This document shows positions 12,746 to 27,000 of a stretch of 64,000 nt of DNA, in pieces. The translations under genes were made by a program, and so were the position numbers. The notes under the pieces are model-generated. The model saw only the letters and a program-made list of their open reading frames with translations. It ran no database searches and was not told the DNA's origin. Numbering within the stretch: position 1 is the stretch's first letter; every line of letters starts with the position of its first letter. The DNA comes from Lingula anatina (taxonomy: Eukaryota > Animalia > Brachiopoda): positions 14,818,001 to 14,882,000 of the forward strand of contig CM120641.1 in assembly GCA_051362555.1 (NCBI GenBank), given 5' to 3'.

Positions 12746-14689
12746 TAATTAGGAACAGATTCTATGTCCACGTCAATTTTGAATAAGTATTTATTTTGTG
12801 ACTTTCGATGTGTTTAATATACTGTAGCGATTTCGCTTTTGGAGACAACATTTGTTTTTCCCTTGGTGTGAATAATAATAATAATAATCATTTTATATCG
12901 AGCACAGAGCTGCTTGGTGGTTACAAATAACCACCTTGCCTCTTGAAACCAAAAGCAGTCTTACCTTGAGGCATCTGGAAAAGTTTGGTTAGTACTTCAA
13001 ACCATTTTTTCTGAAGGGCATCGTTGAAAGATTGGTTTATTAATTTGGATATACGGGATGGTTAACCAGTCGATTTTAAGGTTGCAACTGGCGTCCACGA
13101 AACACTTTCCTTCTTGCTAGTATTTCTAACTACAACGGCGAAGAGAAAGCAAATAAGAAGTGGAACGTAGACAGTAAAATCCCATTAAGTTCGTCAACTG
13201 GGTAAATAACAAAGCCATTTTTGTGAAGATATATGAAATCTGGAAAAAACGATTTCAAATGATTCACTAAGATTGCAAAATGGACTGCTTCACCCTCTAA
13301 TGGGCACAGTTAATGGTAGGTTCAAACAAAGATTTGGAGCAGCTTAATTTTTAGACCAGATAAATGTGCATGTCAAACTTGCATCTGGAGTCTAATGGTT
13401 ATAGGGCCAGTCATGTTTTATACACGTAAGGAATCCTGCTAACACTGTATACTTAATTTGCATGACAAAATCATTTGTAAGACATCAAATGGATTTTGAA
13501 CAAATTTGATTGCGAATATGTTTTGAATATTTATTATCAATCATAATCGGGGTCAATCATAACAATAACAATAATATATCAAAATTAAGTTACAGCAGAA
13601 GTTGTAAAAAAAGATTGAATATAAATTATGGCTTAAGTTCTTGAAATATAATCTAGCACATGAAGGGAAAAGCTTGTACATGTATTAGACGTTGCATTAG
13701 TGAATTACTTATAATCTAGAACCCACTAGTAAGTTTTGCATTTATGATATTTCTCACATGTTTAGACTGCAGGGAAAACGGTTTTGATATTATCTTCCCT
13801 AAATTAATATGAGAAAAATAGCCACTTTACATTCGTAAAGCTTTCTTGCTCTCCTGCTTGCTATCTTGCTTGCGTGCTTGCGTGTATTGGTCACAATATA
13901 CAACTAGGTCACATAATCTAGAATTTCAAAATTTGATAAGGAACAAGAAATAACAACAGTGATTTTATTTCCAGTCTGTAATCTTAGTAGAGGCGGTACC
14001 TCTTAGATTTTTTGGCTTAATGATTTGGCAAAATTAAATTTGGTGACCATGACACGTGATCGCTTTTGCTGGGCTGATTTACTTCTTTTGCATCCTTCTT
14101 TCTAATTTCAACTGCATGACAATGCAAAATATTGACTACGTCGTTTATGACAAAAAGGCTGGGTCCGTGAAATGTTCAACATCCCAGTTTATCATAAACA
14201 CGGGAGAAAATTCCGTATTTGATTCAATATCGGAACATATTCGTTCTCAGACCATATTAGTGTTTTTAATTGTCAAATTTTGCTCTGCATATCTTATGAA
14301 TGAGACAGAAAAATGGATATTAAATAACGCGTGTTCTTGTTGTCTAGCTTAATGAAAAAACTCATTGGGCCATAAATATTGCTGAAAATTAATATGTTCT
14401 TCCCTTTTCTGATAAGCTACATAGTTTGGTTAAAGGACAATACCATTTCAACCAAATTTAAGGAATGTTTTGGTTCTTGTACAAAGTCAAATGTTATGCA
14501 GTATACAGAACTTAAAAAATACCACAACACATCACGATTTTGGATTAAAAATGTAAAAAAAAATATCTTCATACAATTCCATTTAATTATTCAATATCCA
14601 TGGCCACCTGACCATTTGTTATAAGTTCCAAGACTGCAAGACACAGGTGTGCACTTCATGTCATTCGTGGAAAAATATAACTTTAATTT

Positions 14690-14727
<38 letters not shown>

Positions 14728-14986
14728 CCTTTGGTGTTTATTACTTGGCATCCTACTTGGAAATTACTAAGACTAATTAACTTACCGTGTACCGAGCACT
14801 CTGAGAGTTTAGAAAGTCTCAGCATCTCACGCCAGGAAGCCAAACTGACAACACGCATATCACCTTAATTGCGTTAGCAACGGGTGGAGCGACAGAGAAA
14901 TTAGATTTGCTTCATGTGGAGAGCTAATCGTAGTGAGATGAAAATGAGAATGTTCGTTATAATGAAACATGAAACGGCTATCATTG

Positions 14987-15048
<62 letters not shown>

Positions 15049-15150
15049 TGTGTGTGTATGTGTGTGTGTGTTTTGGGGTTGTATGTATGTATGTATGTCA
15101 ATATAACAAATATACGGTAACCTCCCCGCCTCCCCGCCATTTTTAGCATT

Positions 15151-15191
<41 letters not shown>
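14690..15191. repeat. Microsatellite cluster (AG)n, (AT)n, (GT)n upstream of rGC-A
   Basis: (AG) 14690-14727, (AT) 14989-15046, (GT) 15155-15191. Confidence 0.95.
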
Positions 15192-15195
<4 letters not shown>

Positions 15196-15726
15196 AGGTG
15201 GGACAGCCCTATTTTGACTAATAGTGTGTGTGTGTTTGTTTACAAATGATCTCCTCGCAGCTGTCAACCATTTGAAAAAGGATATAACATGCATTCAAAA
15301 AAGTTAACTTTTTGTACCACAGTAATACGGTGTCCAATTTGATAGATATACAGGTATATCTAGATAAGAAATGTCCAGGAATGAAGAATGATATGAGGGT
15401 CTGAGAGCCTGTAATTATGTGTGTATGTGTGTTATGTTCGATTTCACTGGTTCAAGTTGATAATAAGAATATTCTCGAACCGCCTAGACTTGTTTATTTC
15501 TCTGATTACCTTCAGATATAGTTATAGGTAATATAAATATAATGAGCACGTTTTCACACCACGAGTTGAACTAGTTTACGACTTGTCCTAGATAATCATT
15601 ATGGAAAATATTTAATAATCGATTAAATATCGATTACGCTTTTTATACCTGTGCCATTTTGTTTCGTCATTAGATTAGAACAGCTATACTTCAAAGTACG
15701 TTACTATTGATTCTGACGCTTTGCAC

Positions 15727-15835
15727 TGCGCATGCATCGTTACGTAAACTAGATTTTAATAAGTGACACGCGCCACCCTTATACAGATTGGTCACAGTGG
15801 TGAAATATTCCACCAACTGCAAGAAAGGACCCAAT
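15727..15835 (+). promoter_or_regulatory. Putative proximal promoter of rGC-A
   Basis: Two opposed CCAAT boxes (ATTGG 15787-15791, CCAAT 15831-15835) and NRF1-like TGCGCATGCA (15727-15736), ~400-500 bp upstream of the ATG. Confidence 0.4.
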
Positions 15836-16213
15836 CAGCACTTTTGATTAAGTGGCAGCGCTATGAAAGTAAGTCAGACGCACTTTCTTCCGCGATAAAT
15901 AACCGACATGCCCAACTCAATCTGGTCACAAAAATTGTCTGTCACCATTGATCATTCTTTGCATATACGTACCTGTAAGTAACACACAAATCTGACTCTT
16001 TTGTGTATTTTTTCTTTACAGATTTTTTCCATCATCCGAAGAAGTAAATGTTCATAAAGTATGCACAAACAATGAGAGCTTTTGTCAAGGTTGAAAGTAG
16101 GAGAACAAAGTGAGAAAATATGGGCTGTGATGGTGCAAATTGAGTGTAGAATGAAAACATTTATTGCATCTCTAGACTTCAATTGTCGGCTGTTTGTCAT
16201 GGTTGTCGGCTAA

Positions 16214-16600
16214 ATGACCACACCCCTCAAGATGCTGAAGCTGAACGGAGGATTGTCATTTGCTATTCTCTGCATATACTGCCACTTGGTGCAAAATCTC
16301 TCTGCTCATGTCGTCCCGTCGAATAGGTCAAGAGGTGTCAAAATAGGATTCTTACCTGCAATGACAGTTGGAAAAGGCAAACAATTTGCAGGCGCTTTTC
16401 TATACGGATTAGAACACATAAACAAGGAATATAACTTGTCTGTAGACTACATGTTCGAAGATAACAAGGTCGACACGTTTGAGTCAATAAAAGCGATGAC
16501 GAATATGTACCACGAAGTTTCCGCATTTGTCGGCCCAGAGGGTACCTGCAGGACAGAAGGTGTGGTAGCCGCGGCATGGAACTTGCCAATGATTGCCTTT
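16214..16600 (+). CDS. rGC-A exon 1: signal peptide and ectodomain start
   Basis: Hydrophobic N-terminus, [19 protein letters not shown], donor GTAAGT. Confidence 0.9.
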
Positions 16601-19600
16601 GTAAGTAGTGCTAATTGCCGTTCTTTATTTTCAGATTATCACCAGCTTAATGTTAATTGTAGTATTAAATAGCCGTTATCTCTACTCTGAGGTAGCAGCT
16701 CACGTTCCCCCTACCTCATTTCTGAAACAAGGATCACAGCGTCTTGCATACTCAGGCCTCATAAAGAATAATTGCCATTTTCGATCACGAACCTCAGATT
16801 TGTGAGGACGAACGCCCAACTGTAATCTCGATTTCTTGGAACGAATTTAAATTCAGTGGCCACGAGCACCGCATCAAAGGGCACAAATATTCGGCTAACT
16901 TTCATCTGGGTCTCTAGGTGTACACATACATTGTACGGTGTCCTTTTCTCAACCCCAAAACATTTTCAATATGGCAGAAGATACATGAAACTGCACGTGT
17001 AGTGAGAGCTTTCGAAGATTCTTAGTTGAAAAATAATGACACTTTCTCCATTTACTTCTTTACCTAAAGAGACAAGATTTTTCACGTCTAAACCAAGGCT
17101 CAACAGAGTGACTAAAGATTTATTTACAGAATTTGTGGCGGAGAGTAGTGTTGGTTGCCGTGATCACTCTGTGCTTAAAAAACGAAAATGAAGTCTCAAA
17201 ACAAATCCAACTAATGTAATTATATAATTTACTACCCATACTGCGTATTAATGCGGGATTAATGCACTCACGTCAATTAGCTGCGGCTCATACCTCACGT
17301 TCCGAACAGGTAGGTAAGCGGATTATTGGTTCGTGGTGTGAAGTACCGTGCTCCTGGCCGCTAATTTTACGTTCTCGCCATGAAATCGTGGTTTGATTTG
17401 TTAATTTGGGCGTTCGTGCTCACAAATCCATAGCTCGAGTTCGCAAACGGCTAATTCGTTTACACGACCTGATACTAGTCTCATGCTACAAGCAGTCTCA
17501 ACTAAAAGTGTAATCAGTGAGGATTGAATGTGGGTGGGGTAATTATGCTGGTTGCAAGTGGTATCTTTTAAAAAACAGGAAGTCACTAGTCACTGTGCGT
17601 ACAACATAACCGGTGAATATATCTATAGCAGGCCCGTACCTAGCAATTTCAAAAGGGGGGGTCTTTTTTCTGGAAAAAGATAACTTTTACCATAAAACCT
17701 TTATGTACCTAGATAAAATTTTACCCAAAGAGACCTTTTCCTAGCAAAAAAGGGGTTCTTTTGAACCCCCGAACCCCCTGGTCTGTATAGGGACTGTCTA
17801 TATTCTAGAACCTCTTTAAGAATGGTTCAATTAGTATCGTATTTGGATCTCCCGTTGTATAACTTTATTTGTCTTGATTAGTCTTCGCATGTCGCAAAAA
17901 TGTCTGATGATACGGGGTATAATGTATAATTTGTACTCATACATGTAGGACTTGGTGTATTTATAAATTGGCCAACAGTATAGGCCTATTCAAAAATATT
18001 TGTCTCATTTGTTCTTGTTGCCATAAAAATTATCTAAATTTTCAGTAAAGGTACTTCTCCTTCACGCAAAATGAGTGCAAAGGTCATTGTTTTTCGATAT
18101 GTGGTTAAGTTCGCGGTTAATCGAGGTTTTGTATGTAGACAGCCTCGCTGATTGCTTAGTAATTATCCTCGAGGAAGTCAGTCTAGCAATTATTTGAAAT
18201 CTGCTACTGCATTGTACTTGACGTGATTTATCGTCTCATTTGAACGTCAGTTATGATTACATGAGCAGATTCAGTAAAATCTAACGAAGAAAAGAAGAGA
18301 TACATGTAAATTCGTTTTCCCTCATTCCCTCAAGGTCAGCACACCTTATCGAAGCGGTGGCCTTGCAAGGCAGTCCTCTCGGTTCAACGTCCGGAATGTT
18401 TTTCTTTTTCTTTTCTTCTCTTTTCTTTTATTTTTTAATTTTTTTTTTCGGGTTGGGGGGGGGGGGGGTTGCCTAGTGAATATGTAAGCCATTAGTAAAC
18501 TTTTTCGATGCTATGTACTCTTACTTTTTTATAAGTTTCTAGTTCGAACTTAAAAGTTTTGAATTTTGCTAGTCGCGAGACCAGCGTCTCATCTTTGAAC
18601 GCAGGATCTAACATTGCGCATGGCATGGCCGGCAGATGCTGACTTCGCATGTTATTTTAGAGACGGAGGTACAGATGCCAATAAAAATGTTCCTGCAGTT
18701 TTTCAGACAATGATTAGCAGAGAGGTTAAAAAAGGAAATATCAAATATCTTAACCGGTGTTCTTTTTAACTCTAACTCTAACTTTTATTTTTAATTATTT
18801 TTGTTTATCCTCAGAAATGTCCCGATTCTGGACTGTCGTACAAGGTACATTACCCTACTTTCGCTAGAACACAGCCCTCCACATTCAAAGTTTCAAAGTC
18901 CGTGATCGCCTTGATGAAGTATTTCCAATGGACGAAGACAGCGTTGATAGTGGGCAACAGAACCATCTGGCTGGAGACTGCAGCCGCTGTCAAGGAATTG
19001 GCTGACCAGAACGACATTAGCATAACAGTGGAGAGAATTTTTGAAGATAAATTTACAACGGCTATGAATGACATTGTAGACGAAACCCACCAACACACAA
19101 GGGGTAGGTTCATTAATTGATTATGTTGTACTCGTAATTAATCTGTTCAAACGAACATAAATGATTTGCTAACTCTTCACTCTTATTTTTGATAAATTAA
19201 AGCAACTACTCAACCTGTAGTAATTGCTACACAATCGAGCCGTAGCGAACTAGAAAATTACATTGTAGACGGAACCCACCAATATACAAGGGGTAGGTTT
19301 ATTAATTTAGCATTTTGTCGCCTTTACACGGGAGGATCGCGAAGGGCGTGTTTGCGTGACTGCAAAAGGTTGTCCAAAGCCCGTTGCGTTGTATATAGTA
19401 TGTTTGAGACTCTACAACACTTTTGATAGATACCTATACCCTATCAAAATGGCCGCTATCGACATCGTCAATCATAAACTCATCTATATATCAACTCAGT
19501 CAATTTCTTTAAGCTTCACTGTTTAATAATAATAAACGTGAATTAAATTATTGAATCAATAATAGGGCACGGCATATAATAGGACACAGCATATTCCATT

Positions 19601-21013
19601 CACGTTGCATGCAGATCATTTTATCGTGTTAGACAAACCCTGCGATACATGTAAATGCATAAGCATGTACACTTTTAAGATACCACCTAACTAATAGAGC
19701 TCCGTGGTTTGGCTCTGGGTTTTCGATTCCTTGTTTTGTCGACCGGCTGATTGAAATGACATCAGTTGGAACACCGCAGCACTGTAGATCAATAGATGTT
19801 TCGCAGCCGATAAGTGTGAAGACAATTAACAACCAAGCCCCTTGTTTGAATATAAGTTAAGACTATGTTTTCCTTTATTATGGCAGGAATCAAATACAGA
19901 CGCTTTGCTCGGCATTGCTCGGAACTTTCATTGAAAAAACTACCGAAAATGGTACGCTTTTGCATTAAGTGGGAGACAGGGGGACGTGACACCAAAACAC
20001 AGCCACAAACCGTACATCATTCGGACTTACACAAATCCGACCTGTATACAATATCATACGAAATTAATAATGTACTTGTACTTGAGTAGCCGATAAAACT
20101 GGGCTTAAGCACTCAACGTATCTACTGGTGCTTAACTCTTATTGAGGCATTCACGGTCGGTGGTAGCCAGTAGTCAGTAGAATGCAGTAATGATGATATT
20201 AGTTTGCTCGTCGCTTTTTCAGACAACAATCAGTTTTTGAGTGTAATAAGTGATAGGTTATCCAAGTAAAAACATGAATGCTAATTAAAAAAAATCTACA
20301 AGACATTGCAAGAACACTTCTGCAAGAGGTTATGAGAAACTTATTTTTCCATTCGTGAATTGTATGGCACTATCAGTGATCAGGCATGGTTCATATTAGG
20401 TCACTGACTCACTGCCATCAGTCATCCAATGTCTAAATTCACAGAGTTATTTAAGAAAAAGTATCACAGAATAATATAACGCATTTAATGGAAATTGCCC
20501 TCTGAAAAATATGCTGGAAACGGCAAAAAGGCAGGTATGTTTCCTGTGTACTTCTGACAAGAGCCTTAATTAGGGTTTCTGTCACAAATCCTTTGTAATT
20601 TGTAGTCCGCCGTCAATATTTGACAGAAATCTTTGCCATAGTTCCGTAAAGATAGAAGCTAATTTCTTATAAAACGCGAAATCGTTATTAGAGTAGTCAG
20701 ATATTGCTGTAGGCGATGTCAGATATATGATATCATTAACTGCCTTCGTCATTATTTTCTGCGTTATCATATCTCGCAGCTTCCTGTATCTTTTTACCTC
20801 CGCCAAGGAAGTAATGTTTTCTCCTCCTATTGACTGTTTGTTCGTCACCAACCTAACTAAAAAGTTGAGGATGGATTCTGAAAAAATTCTTAGGTCAGAA
20901 AAATTAATAGTGATCAGATTTTGGTGATGACCCATCAATCAATTAATGAGTTATTACTAGTTAATTATTTGTCTAGGTTAAGGTCTGAGCTCTCTGAGTG
21001 TTTTTCTAGTGCT

Positions 21014-21065
<52 letters not shown>

Positions 21066-24000
21066 TGGGGGGGGGGGGGCACAGCAGGTTCCTCAACATG
21101 TTCCATGGATCTTAAAACCTCTTTTTACTTGCACATGTAACACTTTGGCCTATAACAATTTTAGGTAGACCCTGGGGAGTGCGGAGACCCTGCCAGCAAG
21201 CAGCATGCTTTATCTATCTCATTCCCTAAAATGAGATTAACTATACACCCGCAGATTCATGTTTCATATTTACTGGATATTGTAAAAGGGGCTTTTGGTT
21301 TCCTCATTATTGATATTTTGGCTCCATTTTTAGTGATATTTCGTGTTCATCCTACGTTAGCAATAGTGCCGTCTTAACAATAGTTTTATTTTTCATCTAT
21401 TCAACAAAAGCAAAACTAACAGGTATTTTTTAAAAAGTTATTTACTTTACATTTCAGTGTATGTTATTCTTGGAAACCGGTTTGCGTCCATCAACTTCGC
21501 CCGTTATTTGTACGATTCCGGTTTACAGAAGAATGGGGAATATGTTGTAATTTCTGTCCAGGAGCAGCCATTTCAGCCGTCCAATATAAAAAGATATGTT
21601 GCAAAATGTGAGTATCTATATAATTGTACTACGTAAATGAAAAAGGCAGTAACTATAATGTAATACTAATACGGATGTATGTATATATCTTCCATAGTAT
21701 ATATATATATACATAACACTTCATGGTACAATGCTCTTGTTTCATTAATAACTTTATGTAATATACATTGTAAGTACTTCATACGCTTACATGTATAAAT
21801 CTATCTTCCAGTTCCATATTATAAAAGTGACAATGACTTAACTCTTGAAAGAATAGATGCATTCAGAGCGGTGTTGACACTTGCCCTTCGACCGCCTTCT
21901 AATCCGAACTATGAAGAATTTCTGGACAAGACAAGAAATTATTCTAGCGAGAAACCCTTCAATGCACCCCATAAAATGATTCCGGGGAAAAAATTTCCGG
22001 TGAGATTTTTTAAAAGAATGCGGTCTGGTTTTAAATTTCCCCGAAATACGCAGTACGTAATGGCGTCTTTATCATCTTTAGGCATCTCTCATATCAACTG
22101 GACAACAGTGATCGTTACTTTCGGAGACCTGCCGATAAGAGAAAGTAAAAAGCTGATATCATTTTATATTAGTGTAATTTCGGGTACCAGTCTCGGTAAA
22201 AGTGCGTTTCAAATCTGAAACTATTCATTGATTAAAGAATGCCTGCAAAGAATACCTTAGGTGGTGTTGGATTGGGTTAAAGGTGACTGGTATTATTATT
22301 ATTAATATTAATAATAATAATAAATTTTCAATTCTGAGACTGCGAACGACCATCGATATTTTTTAATTATGTTAGACATTGATACGATAATTCTTACGTT
22401 ACAATTGAGAAAATACAAATGCCATTTATGAATGGTTGATGAGTTGTAGCACACTTAATCTGTTTTGAATGTGCATTTTATTGAGGTACTGGTGGTCTCT
22501 TTCTTGTCGAACCAGCTTCCGGTCTTAATATTCGCATCTAAATCGCTGGTATTGTAGCATAACAAAGTACGCTTTTAAATGTATTTTCATAGGTCCCCAT
22601 TTACGCCGCTCACCTTTACGATGCCGTCGCTATCTACGGTCGGGCACTCAGCGAGGTTTTGGCCATGCCAAACGGTAAACCTGATGACGGAAGGGCTATC
22701 TTTAATCAAATTAGGTCCAGAGCATTTAAAAGTAAGTAATCCTAAATATGGCAGTCATAATGAGCATGCTATGTTTACATTATAAATTTTCCTTAACTGT
22801 AACAGTAATTCAAAAGTGTACAAATAGGCCTGTTAGTCTTTAGAATGCAAATAAAACACACGGTTTGAAAGAGCAGTAGAAAAGAAACTACTGGAAAATG
22901 ATTTTCTCAGAATTTGCCTTTGATTTAAATAGCACACCTTTTTCCAGAAAAGGACGTAGATGTCATGAAAACGTAATTTACAGAGAAAAATTCAACACTG
23001 AATTGAACGCTGACCAACTGGGTCTGAATCACGCGCACGCGTGTCTATCTCCTTTTCAATCTAGATTTTTGCTAGAAAACCAGCAGGGTCCTCAATTTTT
23101 GCTCGCATGTGACGGTTAATAAATAACAAGTTAAAGATGCCCATTAACTGCAGGTGCATTGTGAAATCAAAAAATTCTCCAGTTACTCGTTCGTCTCCAC
23201 TGCAGTGTATTAGAGTTTAGATTGGAATGAGGTTTCATTTGATTACAAGCACTTTTTTCTTAAGGCTCCAATAAAGCCAAATAAAATGTTTTTACCGAAG
23301 CACTAGAACATCTTGGGCTGATAAGGCCAAAGAATGAAAACACGAGCTGCAAGTTACACTCCAGGCAACCCCTTCTGTTACACCTCAACAGCAAAATATT
23401 TACGTACACGTTGTAAATTTGGGAATCTGTAACGGTCTGTCTGTTTTAAAAAAATCGGCGTGGATCCAGATTGAACTGCGTATTAGAGTTTTGGCATCTT
23501 CTCTTTTTTCTCAGTCCTTGTTTGATACCTAAGCAAATGAAACAAGTTTTTTTATATCTTTATTCACACCCAAATATATTTGGGGTTATTTAGTTAAAGG
23601 ATATTTGACAAGCGATTTGTTTTTGCTTTGTTTCAAGGCATTCAAGGTCATGATGTATTTATTGACGAAAATGGTGACACTGAAGGCAACTACACAGTAC
23701 TGACCGTTCAACGGGATCCTTCTTTCCCTCGAGGCTGGACAATTCGCTCCGTGGGTGCCTTCACTTCTCGTGACAACAAATCTGCAGTTTTGGTAATCTT
23801 AATTTGCACTGAGTTGTACTTTGCCTCAGGCATCCTTTGGAATCGAGTTGAAAAATAGGTTTCTCTTTGTATTCACCTTTCATATAGTCTTGTGTAACTG
23901 TCTTACGTGTTTATATTATATCACAAAAGTCTTGTGTAACTGGCCATATTATGAAATTCCCTTTTCCGGAAATCCACAGATTAGGAACTCGAACATAATT

Positions 24001-27000
24001 AACAAACACCTTTTATTATAACTACCCCCAGGTTTTGGTGTGTTAATTTCATCATGGTACTCTCTAGTCTAAAATCAAGTAAATTAATTGTGCGATAAAT
24101 CAGTGTCAAATGGCTATACGTTCCTCTGTATGTTCAAGTGCAACAAAAGTAACTGTCCTGGGAAAGGATGCGGATGTCAACACCTTTTTCGAAAAGCAAT
24201 TACATTATGAAATACTTGCGTTGCGTTTAGTTCGATGTATCGATTCCCGAGAGGCGGACCGGAGTAGACGCAAGTTTAACTCCTGTTTTTATTTCAGGAT
24301 TTCAATATGCATGGGTCGATTCAGTGGTTGAAAGGGAAAGTACCTGTTTGTGAGCCTCCATGTGGATTTAGAAATGAGAAATGTCAATCAGATTTTGGTA
24401 AGGGCGTATGTAAATGAAAATCCATATCTGAGTATGGACGCGTGCTTGTGAGATCTATCAATCTTTCTATCATATGTGACATATATCAGGGTCGAAATCC
24501 ACGTTCCGATTGTTTGTACCAATTCGAAATTAAACATAATGCGCACCACAGAGTGAAATAATGTAGGCTACGTTTTTTGTTTAAAAATAAGTAAAACTGA
24601 TGTTATGAGACTTTGATTATATTAATTTATCTATTGTAGATTGGACAGTTGCCTCCGTTGGCTGTGTGTTTGCTGCAGTTTTCGTGGTGATAGTTTCCGT
24701 TCTCGGACTTAGGTAAGAAAGCAGTTTCTTTACTTGTTCCTTGATAAGCATACTTTATGCGCAATTCATTGTCACATATAGATATTGAAACTATTTCCCA
24801 AGATTAAGCACAATGACACAGACTCAGACTTTTTACATAGTCGGTTCTTGCATTACATGTGGCCTTCTTGACCTTTGGCCGTCAAATTCTATACATTGAT
24901 ATCATGGTAATGAAGATAAACTTTTAATGCTAGTATTGTCCCATGGCATTATGGCAGCTATTACATGGATCTTAATGGGGTTCGGGCTTTGATTGGGGAT
25001 TTGAGCATCACGTAGGAAGGTGAGGATTCAACATGTAAAATGTCGACGGGCTTTATGTTAGTTTTATCATTACAGACATTACCTGTACGAGCAAAAACTT
25101 GCCAAACTCCTCTGGAAGATAGACTTTAAAAGTTTACAACTGCCGGAGTCTGACTTGAAGTCTCCTGGGTTGAAATGCGAGGTAAGTTATGTAAATTCAA
25201 ATGATCAGGTTAATGCATTTAAATTCCGCCGTTTTCTCGTTCAATGCAGTCCATATATAAAATGTCTTGACAATGTGTAACAAAAACGGTATCACATTCT
25301 TCTTAGAAGTATCTCAGTATTTCTTTCGTGAAGTTTCAACACTAATTCTTAAATGGGTTACGATATGTGCTTGATAATAATAATAATAAAATATAATAAT
25401 AATAAAAACAGAAATAATTTATAACTGCAATTGCATCCCTGATATTAGAGTATTACTATGAATGCATACATACATCTATAAAATATTTAAATAAGTCACG
25501 TTTCATATCAAGGCCAAAATTGACTATCACAGTTAATTAAGGCTTTAAAAGAAATATATCAATGCTTAAAAGAAATATTAAGATTCTATGCGTTAATAAA
25601 GATCTTTTAAACGCCCCGTTTTCACTTAATATCACACGTTTGCTGTTTTCCCTGCGTTTTCTTACCCCTTCCAGAAGCAAATTGCCTAACTTTTCACCGA
25701 TCTGAATTTTAAGGCCGATATAAAAGTACCTCAACAAAATATCTCTCATTTCCCTGGGGGGCGGGGGGGTGTTGTGAGGTTACCGGCCTGAACGGTGTAA
25801 CTTAAACCTGAAAAACTATAAACGATCAATTTAAAAGGGGGTAAAATGATAAAAAATGTAACCCTACAGTTGAAATAGGCCACTACACATATGCTGATCT
25901 CTTCCCAATGCTTGACAGAGGTTTGATTACCTGCCTTTAAGGGAGGCGTAAAATTGAATTCATATCGGCCAGTTTGCAACAGATCTTCCGCTCGATTATA
26001 AGCCAACATAATCAACAAACACAAAAAAAAAACAAGTAACAAATGCAAGTCTAATTCCCTCAGGATTTCTCCGATTTTCGATGTTTGATCAATAATCGCA
26101 CACCATTGAAGTTAAAAAAACATGTACGCCGTCTTCAGAACAGTTTTCGTGTTTTTCTTTGTTACGTTGATTAAAGCATTGTCATGTCTGGCAAATCTGT
26201 AAAGAGGCAAACATTTCTTTTTTTATTAAAATTAAAAACACTCACATTTAAGTATTTTTTATTTTTAAAAAGAACAATATACATCATCGAAATTACCACG
26301 TCTGTGTTTCACCACTTTCACTATCAAGACTAATGCGAATAATACACATTTTATATTTAGAGACGCGACAGCACGGATTCTATGGACTTACTAATACCAA
26401 GTTCCACGCCACTGGCCCCTTTTACGGAATCCCTTACCCCCTTCCGAAACAACATTCAGATTGGGACATACAAAGGAATGGTTGTGGCCGTGAAGTTCAT
26501 CAACAGAAAGCCCGTCCAAGTCAATCGTGAAATGAAGAAAGAGCTTCAGCATCGCAAAGACATCAATCACGATAATATCAATCGATTTCTAGGGGCATGC
26601 CTGGACGGGCCCCGAGTCTGCGTTGTGTCGCAGTTCTGCTCCAGGGGGAGCCTGCACGTAAGAGGATATTGCTTTTTATTGCCGCCCATAACCATGCACG
26701 TAGGAGGCAACTTGCTCAGGGGGATTGAGTGAATGGTCTATAATGACCTAGAATACATTCACAGAGAATAACCAAGCTACATAAAATAAAAGTTTCCTCA
26801 AAACCTTAACGGGGGAGGGGGGGGGGGGGCAGTTTATAGGATACCTATCAATTCAAAAGACTACAAAAGAACACCTCAAAATTCCCTTTGAATGTGTGGT
26901 TCGATGGTATTTTTCCAGCTTTGGGCCGTCATTTTGGAACCAAAGACGCAACCAAAGTTTATTTTCAACCTGTTTTTCTAAATATCACTGATATTTTTGT

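Noticed and set aside
14860-15294. Long ORFs over microsatellites (also 60114-60486 and the 5' part of 32270-32761)
   Set aside because: Stop-free dinucleotide repeats (YIYI, THTH, ERER), not coding
18330-18400. tRNA/SINE-like B-box (GGTTCAA)
   Set aside because: No cloverleaf and no convincing A-box
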